The position numbers were made by a program, and so were the translations under genes. This document shows positions 23,875-32,000 of a DNA stretch of 32,000 nt, in pieces. The notes beneath the pieces are model-generated. The model was not told the DNA's origin, made no database searches, and saw only the letters and a list, made by a program, of their open reading frames with translations. The stretch is from Nitrosopumilaceae archaeon (GTDB lineage Archaea > Thermoproteota > Nitrososphaeria > Nitrososphaerales > Nitrosopumilaceae). How positions within the stretch are numbered: the first letter of the stretch is position 1; each line of letters starts with the position of its first letter. The stretch covers positions 1,357,902 to 1,389,901 of the forward strand of contig OZ242365.1 in the NCBI GenBank assembly GCA_965208905.1, given 5' to 3'.

Positions 23875-24783
23875 ATGACGAGTAATAGCTTGGGAAACGT
23901 CTGCGAACGATGTAGTAAAGGCTCACTGATAACAGACAATGAGTCAGGTGAGATATACTGTGGCAGTTGTGGATACGTGGTACCTGAAAAACTACAAGAG
24001 TCTGGACCAGAATGGAGATCATTTACACAAGACGAACGCGGCGATAGGGCTCGCGCTGGTGCGCCCACATCACTAAGTATGCATGACATGGGACTGGCGA
24101 CTGTGATAAACTCACAAAACAAAGATGCCTCTGGCAGACCTTTGGCTTCATCCATGAAGAGTACAATCGAGCGTCTTAGAACATGGGATAATAGAAGTCA
24201 GGTACACGAACCCATGGACCGAAACTTCCGGCAAGCATTTGGCGAACTAAACAGACTAAAAGACAAACTAGCACTATCCGATACTGTAGTCGAAAAAGCT
24301 GCATACATATACCGCAAAGCCTTGGACAAGGGTCTTGTAAGGGGTCGTTCTATATCCGCCCTGATGGCATCCGCCCTGTTTGCTGCGTGCAGAGACACTG
24401 AAACGGCGCGCAATATCAAAGATGTTGAGGCTGCATCCAATATAAAAAAGAAGGATATTGCCCGTTGTTATAGACTGTTGCTCAAGGAGCTTGATCTTCG
24501 AATGCCTGTACCAGACCCCATACACTGCGTATCGAGAATTGCCAGCCAGATAGGTATAGCTGAGAAGACAAAGCGGTATGCGATACAAGCGTTAAAGGAG
24601 GCACAAGAGAAAGAAGTGTCTGCAGGAAAAGATCCAATGGGTCTAGCCGCCGCAGCTTTGTACTTGGCATGTGTCAAGAATGGTGAAAGCAAGACTCAGC
24701 GAGATATTGCAGTGGCTGCCAACGTAACTGAAGTTACCATCAGGAATCGTTACAAAGGACTCAAAGACTCCCTAAATATCTAA
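23875..24783 (+). CDS. tfb: transcription initiation factor TFB (TFIIB homologue)
   Basis: N-terminal Zn ribbon CERCSKGSLITDNESGEIYCGSCGYV, a B-finger/linker, and two cyclin-fold repeats (RGRSISALMASALFAACR..., GKDPMGLAAAALYLAC...). Confidence 0.92.
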   Translation: MTSNSLGNVCERCSKGSLITDNESGEIYCGSCGYVVPEKLQESGPEWRSFTQDERGDRARAGAPTSLSMHDMGLATVINSQNKDASGRPLASSMKSTIERLRTWDNRSQVHEPMDRNFRQAFGELNRLKDKLALSDTVVEKAAYIYRKALDKGLVRGRSISALMASALFAACRDTETARNIKDVEAASNIKKKDIARCYRLLLKELDLRMPVPDPIHCVSRIASQIGIAEKTKRYAIQALKEAQEKEVSAGKDPMGLAAAALYLACVKNGESKTQRDIAVAANVTEVTIRNRYKGLKDSLNI

Positions 24784-25191
24784 ACATATTTTTGCATTTT
24801 TATTATATGTTATATCGTGTTTATAATTCGCCGCACAACTAGAATCCACGCATGTTGGCCCAAAAATTCGATGGTTGATACGTGCCATTTTGAACAAATT
24901 TTGCGCAAGTTGTACTGTTTATGATCTGAATTTATGTCAGCTTTATAGTACAGATTTGTGAGAATCTTGATTATTCTGTATAAGTCCGAGATGTTTAATA
25001 CCAAAACAAGAGATCTTGTATTTTTTTAATTAAACTAATAGTAATGACACTGAAAATATCAAATCTTTCTATACTTGACTATACGCTGAACTACAAATAC
25101 ACTAATTCGAATAAATCTTGAAGTATATCGTGTCTTTGTAGGAGTCACTAAGTAGTAAATTTTAAAGGGAGCTGTAATCCTATGTTCAGTA

Positions 25192-25356
25192 ATGACTACA
25201 AAAGTATATTGTGAACGATGCAACGAAGTTTTTTCATCACAAGAAAAATACCGCAAGCATCTTGATACGGTTCATTCTGGCATGTCGTGTGATACATGCA
25301 TTATCGATTTGGCCATAAGCAAGATATGTGGACTGTTTAAGAGAGCCTCCCAATAA
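25192..25356 (+). CDS. small C2H2 zinc-finger protein (54 aa, below the ORF-track cutoff)
   Basis: MTTKVYCERCNEVFSSQEKYRKHLDTVHSGMSCDTCIIDLAISKICGLFKRASQ* contains a classical C-X2-C-X12-H-X4-H finger. A TATA-like aaattttaaag lies about 30 nt upstream. The tracked minus-strand ORFs here are antisense shadows. Confidence 0.5.
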   Translation: MTTKVYCERCNEVFSSQEKYRKHLDTVHSGMSCDTCIIDLAISKICGLFKRASQ

Positions 25357-25610
25357 AAATAATCCAAAATTATAACTTGTATATCTAACATATATGTAAT
25401 AGGAATCAAAAACTGCATAACCTCATTCCCGTAGCACACTGCCATAGTAAAACATGACGTTTTTATCAATTATTACATATGTGGTAACAGGTACAATCTT
25501 TATACTTTAATAACTCGCGGAATAACCCCATCAATTTATCAAAAAAAAAACACTTTACTAAAACCATGTTTTGATGTAATGTTGAAGATAACTTTACACG
25601 TGTAGTCGAG

Positions 25611-25859
25611 ATGCACGCGCAGAACGAGTTTAGTTATAGCAGCGTGCAGGAGCGACTACACGGAAATATTAAACTGTTGCTTTGTAAGCATGGTGGTTTT
25701 ATGGTAAGGAATTTTGCTTTAATTGTAATAACCATACTGGAGTACAATTTTTTTATACCACAAACGGCACTGGATGGTGAGACTCCGGCTGAGACAGCTA
25801 GTATGTTAATTGAAGAAGACGGTAAAGTTTTGATACTACTTGCAACCTCGACAGTCTAG
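25611..25859 (+). pseudogene. decayed 3' remnant of an IS6-like transposase (same type as 11581-12840)
   Basis: QERLHGNIK...ILEYNFFIPQTALDGETPAETASMLIEEDGKVLILLATSTV* parallels MESFNGATLR...LYHNFVRPHLGLPNQITPAEAAGITVEGDNKWLTMIQAAAKSTS* residue for residue. Confidence 0.4.
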
Positions 25860-26188
25860 ACCTTTATATCTTGACGGCACATACACAAGACATTATTTGT
25901 GGTCGTGTAAAAAACCCTATTTTTGTGTTTTATATGGGGGTTCAGTTGACTGTGTATAAATAATATCTATGGTATGCCTGAAATACCGGCTACTCTTATT
26001 TGGCACAGTATAGTTTACAATATATGATTGTTTAAAGTTGAATATAATGTAATTTTCATACGTGCTGGTTACGTGCCAAATGGCTTATTTTGGACCACTT
26101 TACCAATCAGTCGTAAATTCAACAGTATTTTGTCAGCACAAAGATTAATGTAAAACATTATATTTTTTGACTTATTTTTTATATAATA

Positions 26189-26536
26189 TTATGCTGGTAG
26201 TATGACCCTACCGGTATATTCTTTTATGTTGTCTGCACGAAGCCTAGATTCTATCTGCTCTCGTTGTTCAGTAAGTATACCTGTGGCTACCGCCTTTGAG
26301 TATCCCCGCGAATCTACAAGCGCTAGTATGTATCCACTCTGGTCTGTAAGGACAAATCCTGATGATTCATCAACAAAGGCATATAGGATCTCTTCTCCGA
26401 CAGGATTCCATGAACTGTTTACAGAGTCTGCAAGTGCCATGGCTGGCATACCGCGACCATCTGTTATCTCGTTTAGATACATGTGGGCAGCATCGACACG
26501 TTTGCGTCCCACATTTAATGCCTTAAAGTATTGCAT
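26189..26536 (-). CDS. hypothetical protein
   Basis: 115-aa ORF with ATG start, co-oriented with and 29 nt downstream of the 240-aa ORF. No family was recognised with confidence. Confidence 0.5.
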   Translation of the reverse strand: MQYFKALNVGRKRVDAAHMYLNEITDGRGMPAMALADSVNSSWNPVGEEILYAFVDESSGFVLTDQSGYILALVDSRGYSKAVATGILTEQREQIESRLRADNIKEYTGRVILPA

Positions 26537-26565
26537 ATGTTATCAACTTTTATACTGTATAAAAG

Positions 26566-27288
26566 TTATTGGATCGTACTACCAGACTTTGGATCCTTTA
26601 ACAAAATAAGGATCTCTTTTAAGGTCTCCAAAATGTAGGTATTCTGCTCTTTGATCTCTTGTATGCTGTATAGACTGTCTTGCGCATTGCGGAAGAGTAA
26701 CCACCTGTACCATCCTCTCTCCAGTAGCATTATAGAGTGTAGCATTGTGTTGGCCTTTGATTTGGACAGTCCGTTCTCCAATAGTATTTGACGAATCTGC
26801 GACTCTGTACTATCTCCACGCATTATATCCTGCATGTAATGGCTGGTCAAGTCTATTATGCAGTTCAACTGTTCCTTGTCGATACCAAACCTCTCAACAA
26901 CTGAATCGTTATTTATCTTGTCCATCCATAGCGAGTCTATTATTTTGGAGAATGATTCATCGAATCTTTTATCATCAATCTTATTTATCTGGCTTATCTG
27001 GTATCGTATGGTAGGTGCATGCTTCTTCATGTTAGACACTATCAGACGGGCCCATGTCTCCTCTAGGCCTAACTCCATCAGACGATTACCAATCTTTATT
27101 CCGTCATGTTTGGTGATGTCCATCTGTACACGAGATAGTAGTGGAACCAAGTCATCATAATATTGTGGTATCTTAAAGGTGTCCGGATTTAGGTCTGAGA
27201 CTATAAGGGCGCGCTCCTCATCGTTCAGTAAATTGAAAAAGTTGATTGAAACTCGTATGTCGTGACTTTCAGCATCAAAGAGACTCAT
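26566..27288 (-). CDS. hypothetical protein (helical)
   Basis: 240-aa ORF with ATG start, downstream of argS on the same strand. No motif recognised. Confidence 0.55.
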   Translation of the reverse strand: MSLFDAESHDIRVSINFFNLLNDEERALIVSDLNPDTFKIPQYYDDLVPLLSRVQMDITKHDGIKIGNRLMELGLEETWARLIVSNMKKHAPTIRYQISQINKIDDKRFDESFSKIIDSLWMDKINNDSVVERFGIDKEQLNCIIDLTSHYMQDIMRGDSTESQIRQILLENGLSKSKANTMLHSIMLLERGWYRWLLFRNAQDSLYSIQEIKEQNTYILETLKEILILLKDPKSGSTIQ

Positions 27289-27470
27289 TGCGTTAACACC
27301 CAGTCTATACGGGCTATAAGCAAGTCTATTCTCTCCTTAAATATGTCATTATACCTTAACCCATAACGTCCTGGAGTAACATTTCTGGGGACTCTCTTTT
27401 TACCCCACAATGAATAGTAATGTCTCTTATTTTGCAATACACTTTCAAGATGTTTGTCTGTATTTATTAT

Positions 27471-29303
27471 TTACATTTTGTGTGGCGCATCAATACCCAG
27501 TACACTTAGAGCATTATACATTACAATATTAAATGCCTCTGTTAGGTATAGTCGTCCACTCTCATATTTGCCAGATCCTATTATTGTACATGACTCATAA
27601 AATGCATTAAATGCAACGGCCAAGTCATGACAGTATCGAGCAACCACCTTTGGAGAGAGATTCGACGTTGCATCACGTATTACTAAAGGATACATACTCA
27701 ATAAACGCAGAAGCTCACGCTCTTTCTGCTCGTTTAGATTTGGCGTACAATTATGATCAAAATTCGGTACTCTCTCTAATATACGGCAGGCCCGCGCATA
27801 CGAGTATAGTATGTAGGGTGCAGTATCTCCATCCAGACGAGTGGATGTATCCATATCAAATGTTATGGCGCGCCCTAAATCCTGACGGATCATCTCATAG
27901 CGCAGTGTGGCTACAGATAGTGCATGTGATATCAAATGTAGTGCGTGTGAGTCTAACTTTGGATTCCTCTTGGAGGTCTCATGATGTGCATTATCGTATA
28001 GTGCTTTGTAGACTGCATCGACTCCTACGTATATGCCCCGGCGGCCCGACATCTGCGCCTGCCCATCGGTGTCTATACCCATACCAGTAGCCGTCTTTCT
28101 ACTTAGTGTTACTGCCTCGTATCCTAGATGTATGTACTTTTTACTGCCCATATCTGCGAGTATATTTGTTATTATATTCTGTAGATTTGATTGACGACTG
28201 TCGATGACAGTTATCACCATATCGACATTAAATGACATGTCTGCACCATCTTGTAGAGTGGTCTGATACAGAGTACTGCCAGGCTGACCTTCATACTCTA
28301 CATACTTGAAGGGGTCTGGTATGATGCCTACCTTCCAGGCTGCATAAGGTATGTCCTTTGCCATATATGTGGCGGTACCATTGCTACGTACCAAGACTTT
28401 GTCGTTTATGACCCAGCATCCTGTATTTTCACCTTTGGTTTCGAATTTTGTTATCTTCATACTTTTTAGTCTATCAAATATTTCATGCCACATTCCAGAC
28501 AGCACTATGTGGGACTCAAAGTTTAGTATGTCATACGATACACCAAGATTCCAGCATGTCTCAAGCTGAGCGGCCAGCACCTGCCGGGTTATCTGTTCTG
28601 CCATGCGGGCATCATCTGTGTCACCCTGCTCTATATTGTATAGTATCCTGTTTCGTATATCTAACAGTTCCGGGTGTGTTTCATATTGTATGTTGGTGTT
28701 TACGTATACTGTATCACCACAATATGCATCAAACTTTACCCCCAATGGAGACTCCATATCATACTTGAGATGTTTGAAACCCAGTACTATGTCGGCCACC
28801 TGTAGCCCTAAATCGTCTATATAATTTAGTACTTTGACTGTGTATCCTGCCTTCTTTAGTATGCGAGAGATAACATCTCCAACTATTACGTTTCGCGCAT
28901 GGCCTATATGTAGTGCCTTGTTGGGATTTACACTGGTATGCTCTACTATACAAGACTGATCTGATGTCATACTACCGTATCCGTCCTGCGTGGATGCGGT
29001 TAATATGATCTGGGTCAGCTTATCCCAGTCTGCATATGCATTGATATATCCCGAAGGGTGGGCCTGTATGGACTTTATCAAACCTTCGGATGATGTGTGG
29101 CAACCATCAACTATACGGGATGCTATCTGCGCAGGGCTTTGGCGTAATCTTTTGGATAACAGAAATGCCACGTTACTACTTACATCACCATAACCTCTCT
29201 GGGCAGGCTCTACTACAAACTCTACTTGTTCTTGCATTATGTTATTGTGTATGGAGTGCTGTATTACATCCTGAACCTGTTGTAGTAGTGTGTTGTACAC
29301 CAT
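27471..29303 (-). CDS. argS: arginine--tRNA ligase
   Basis: 610 aa. Class I HIGH motif NPNKALHIGHARN, the MSGRRG equivalent of KMSKS, and a C-terminal DALR-type anticodon-binding helix bundle. Confidence 0.92.
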   Translation of the reverse strand: MVYNTLLQQVQDVIQHSIHNNIMQEQVEFVVEPAQRGYGDVSSNVAFLLSKRLRQSPAQIASRIVDGCHTSSEGLIKSIQAHPSGYINAYADWDKLTQIILTASTQDGYGSMTSDQSCIVEHTSVNPNKALHIGHARNVIVGDVISRILKKAGYTVKVLNYIDDLGLQVADIVLGFKHLKYDMESPLGVKFDAYCGDTVYVNTNIQYETHPELLDIRNRILYNIEQGDTDDARMAEQITRQVLAAQLETCWNLGVSYDILNFESHIVLSGMWHEIFDRLKSMKITKFETKGENTGCWVINDKVLVRSNGTATYMAKDIPYAAWKVGIIPDPFKYVEYEGQPGSTLYQTTLQDGADMSFNVDMVITVIDSRQSNLQNIITNILADMGSKKYIHLGYEAVTLSRKTATGMGIDTDGQAQMSGRRGIYVGVDAVYKALYDNAHHETSKRNPKLDSHALHLISHALSVATLRYEMIRQDLGRAITFDMDTSTRLDGDTAPYILYSYARACRILERVPNFDHNCTPNLNEQKERELLRLLSMYPLVIRDATSNLSPKVVARYCHDLAVAFNAFYESCTIIGSGKYESGRLYLTEAFNIVMYNALSVLGIDAPHKM

Positions 29304-29306
29304 TGT

Positions 29307-29993
29307 CTATACCATCCTGGGAGCCAATATCTGAAGAGCCTCCACAACGCCATCCCCTTTGGGGGATGATGTCACTATGTCTGCACACTCTTTTACGTCT
29401 GGTACTGCATTTGATACAGTTACGCTGATTCCTGCCTCCTTGAACATGGGTATATCTGTAATGCTATCTCCTATGGCTATGATGTTCTCAGAAGATATAT
29501 CGTATAATGACATAATCTCACGCACGCCACGACCCTTATCTATACCTGTTGAATTGATGTGATATGCATATCCACTATCTGACAGTTCGACATCTAAATT
29601 GACATCACGTATTACATCTTGACCTTCTTTGATGTCGAATGTGCGGTTCAATACAACCTCGGTCATTCGTGGAAATACAGGCTTTTGCTGTACATTTGGT
29701 ATATGGGATTGTAGTACTTTTAGCGCCTGCTGGCATTTGGTGATGTCGCCCAGCATAGTATGTGATGATGCCTCATGAGTGATACATCCTCCGTTTTCAC
29801 CCACCGCCACATCGCCAGTTCCACCAAATATGGATAGTATGTATGCCTCTATCGAAGATCTTCCGGTCACATATATGACGCGATGGCCTGATGCAGCAGC
29901 ACTTCGTAGTGAGCTGAGCGCCCCTAGATGTATGATCCCATTACCATTCTCGGTTATGGTGCCATCGATATCTACCGTTAATACCCATGTCAA
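29307..29993 (-). CDS. HAD-superfamily phosphatase (archaeal phosphoglycolate phosphatase / Cof-like, HAD-IIB)
   Basis: Motif I VDIDGTIT, motif II VTGRS, motif III/IV K...GDSITDIPMF. 228 aa. Confidence 0.8.
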   Translation of the reverse strand: MTWVLTVDIDGTITENGNGIIHLGALSSLRSAAASGHRVIYVTGRSSIEAYILSIFGGTGDVAVGENGGCITHEASSHTMLGDITKCQQALKVLQSHIPNVQQKPVFPRMTEVVLNRTFDIKEGQDVIRDVNLDVELSDSGYAYHINSTGIDKGRGVREIMSLYDISSENIIAIGDSITDIPMFKEAGISVTVSNAVPDVKECADIVTSSPKGDGVVEALQILAPRMV

Positions 29994-30000
29994 TTGTACA

Positions 30001-32000
30001 CTATTCCTTGTCGATAAACTCTGAAGCTGCAGGTGGTTCTGGTGATATACCTTTTCGTTTTCGTATGGTGCTTATTGATTCGGCGAGGAGGGACTTTGGA
30101 ACTTCAGACCATGCTTTAAAGTGAGTGTTCCACATGGCTTTGCCGGCCGTCTGTCCCCGCATCTCCTCAGATAATGTAAATGTCTCTGATGCAGGAATCT
30201 CGCCTATCACTATACTGGCAGGCCCTTTCTGTTGCATGTCAAGTACGCGACCACGCTTGCCGGACAGCACGGTGGCGACATTTCCCACCAAATCTGTGGG
30301 AACCCTCACCTCTATTGCCAGCATGGGCTCTAACAGTTTGGTTCCGGCAGTTATCAAGGCTCCCATACAGGCACGTCTTGACGCAGGCCCAAGTTGAGAT
30401 AGTCCGCGGTGAGCCGTATCTTCATGAGGCACAAAGTGTGTAAATATGAATTTGCAGTCACGCATCTGCTCCCTGCATAGGGGGCCCTCCCTCATGACCT
30501 CCTCAAAGCCCGAGTTTATCGAGTCGGTGGACTCTTGTACAAATTGGACACCCTTTGTACCATTTATCAGGACATTTCCTCTGGAATCAAACTTCATAAC
30601 TCTCTTTATGGTGTCGGTATCCCAGCCCTGAGCTTTTAATAGTGCTGCAACCTCCGCCTTGTCCTTCAGGTCACTGATCTCGCCGGTCCTAAGCATATCT
30701 GCAATAGCTGGCTCAAGAGGTTCTACACGCATAAATATTTTATTGTGTCGGTTGGGCGACTTTGACATTACTGCTTCACATTCCCCTTTTACCGCCTCAC
30801 GGTAGTTGATGAGTGGTTCAGATGTTACAATATCGACCTTGGCATCCTGTATGCGATGCGTAGCCACATCTAGGTGTAGTACGCCCATACCTGCAACTAT
30901 GGTCTCACCACTCTCCTCATCTATCTTTACGACTAGATTGGGATCTTCGATGGTCAGCTGTTTGAGTACATCCACTAGTTTGGGTAGGTCCTTGGGATGT
31001 TTGGGCTCCACGGCAACCTGCACGACAGGTTCGGAGACGTACTTTATTCCCTCAAAGACATGTATGTCCTTAATTGTCGATAATGTGTTTCCGGCACGTG
31101 CTTCTGTCATGCCCAAGAGGGCAGGTATATTTCCTGCTCCCAACTCGCCCACCTGCTCGCGCTGATTCCCCATGAAAAAGTTGACTGATTGTATACGACC
31201 CGGTTTGCGAGCATCAATGATGTTCACCGTCTGACCGTCTTGTATTGTACCCGAGAATAGCCGCCCTATGGCTACTGGCCCAGCGGCCCTGTCTAGTACC
31301 ATGTTCACCACCATCATTATGGTGGGACCATCATCTCTGCACTCCAACAATGACTTCCCTATATCTGAGTCTAAATCTCCATGCCAAATCTTTGGTATAC
31401 GATACTTTTGAGCAATGTCTGGGGGCGGATGATGCTTTACCACCATTCCCAAGACTGCTTCAGCCAAAGGCGCCCTTGTAACTAATTCGTCCACACTCCC
31501 TGTTGTGTATGCTTCCATGACATCCTTGAATGTTATACCCTTCTCTTTCATGGCATCTACGTTGATGGCCCAACGATCTTTGGCCGAACCAAAGGTTACG
31601 CTGGCATCCTGTATGGATACCTTCCAGGCTTGCCTGTACTCATCCTCGGCATATGTGTCGATTAACTGATTAAAGTTTGATACCACATTGGCTAGTGACT
31701 CTTGCATCTTTTCAGGAGTGAGACGTAGTTCCTTGATGAGCCTGTCCACCTTGTTTATGAATAGAACCGGCTTTACGCGCTCTTCAAGTGCCATACGTGT
31801 AACCGTCTCTGTCTGAGTCATTATTCCCTCTACCGCATCACAGACCACCACGGCACCATCAATGGCCCGCAGACTACGTATGACCCTCCCACTAAAGTCG
31901 ACGTGGCCTGGCGTGTCTATCATGTTTATTACGTACTCTTTGTCTTTTTGCGTAAAGTGTAATGTCACATTCGCCTGGTATATTGTAATACCCCGTTCCT
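30001..32000 (-). CDS. fusA: translation elongation factor 2 (aEF-2), N-terminus beyond the window
   Basis: DTPGHVDF (G3), NKVDR (G4) and domains II-V are conserved. The frame stays open to the window edge (ERGITIYQANVTLHF), so the tracked Met at 31968 is internal. Confidence 0.92.
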   Translation of the reverse strand, partial: ERGITIYQANVTLHFTQKDKEYVINMIDTPGHVDFSGRVIRSLRAIDGAVVVCDAVEGIMTQTETVTRMALEERVKPVLFINKVDRLIKELRLTPEKMQESLANVVSNFNQLIDTYAEDEYRQAWKVSIQDASVTFGSAKDRWAINVDAMKEKGITFKDVMEAYTTGSVDELVTRAPLAEAVLGMVVKHHPPPDIAQKYRIPKIWHGDLDSDIGKSLLECRDDGPTIMMVVNMVLDRAAGPVAIGRLFSGTIQDGQTVNIIDARKPGRIQSVNFFMGNQREQVGELGAGNIPALLGMTEARAGNTLSTIKDIHVFEGIKYVSEPVVQVAVEPKHPKDLPKLVDVLKQLTIEDPNLVVKIDEESGETIVAGMGVLHLDVATHRIQDAKVDIVTSEPLINYREAVKGECEAVMSKSPNRHNKIFMRVEPLEPAIADMLRTGEISDLKDKAEVAALLKAQGWDTDTIKRVMKFDSRGNVLINGTKGVQFVQESTDSINSGFEEVMREGPLCREQMRDCKFIFTHFVPHEDTAHRGLSQLGPASRRACMGALITAGTKLLEPMLAIEVRVPTDLVGNVATVLSGKRGRVLDMQQKGPASIVIGEIPASETFTLSEEMRGQTAGKAMWNTHFKAWSEVPKSLLAESISTIRKRKGISPEPPAASEFIDKE

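Noticed and set aside
29303-30001. The tight aEF-2 / HAD phosphatase / argS packing (3-7 nt gaps) as something unusual
   Set aside because: Compact co-directional housekeeping operons are normal in archaea. Nothing in the junctions suggests more than translational coupling.
1-32000. tRNA, rRNA or other canonical structured RNA genes
   Set aside because: Scanning for T-loop-like GGTTCRAATCC motifs and rRNA-like segments by eye found nothing convincing. A tRNAscan/Infernal run would be needed to exclude them formally.

Overview
Archaeal chromosomal window. Rpo3/RpoD, L18e, TFB and aEF-2 mark it as archaeal. CbtAB, a possible DUF4443-type protein and a C2H2 mini-protein suggest a Nitrososphaerota (Thaumarchaeota)-like host, but that is inference only. 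Ordinary core genes sit at both ends. At 1-7.2 kb: rpl13 (5' end only), rpl18e, rpoD, cbtAB, a metal ABC transporter and a TPR protein. At 23.8-32 kb: tfb, argS, a HAD phosphatase and aEF-2. The stretch from about 7.3 to 23.1 kb is a mosaic accessory region holding remnants or copies of at least six transposase types: an IS1595 fragment, rve/IS481-like fragments, an IS6-like element with a SWIM finger, a frameshifted IS110, an intact IS3 with an A8 slippery site, and a TnpB element. Four structures there stand out. (1) A visibly GC-richer cassette carrying a secreted PAP2/vanadium-haloperoxidase-like gene is bracketed by 78-nt direct repeats. (2) An AT-rich 6.4-kb island is bracketed by 50-nt inverted repeats. 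It holds a beta-class DNA methyltransferase fused to an HNH nuclease, preceded by six perfect 19-nt tandem repeats and a small Arm-like ORF, plus an unannotatable two-gene operon of 375 aa and 133 aa joined by an ATGA overlap. This island is my best candidate for an undescribed defence or toxin module. (3) The IS110 copy has a highly structured 183-nt 5' leader that could encode a bridge RNA. (4) A compact 353-aa TnpB is enclosed by about 30-nt terminal inverted repeats and has a structured 3' flank that could encode an omega RNA. Other observations are a thrice-repeated 45-nt bipartite GTTAC-box element near rpoD, a decapitated znuA remnant, an SDR gene split by the IS3 with a TGGA target duplication, and an untracked 54-aa C2H2 zinc-finger ORF. 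All family assignments come from motif reading by eye; no database search was run.
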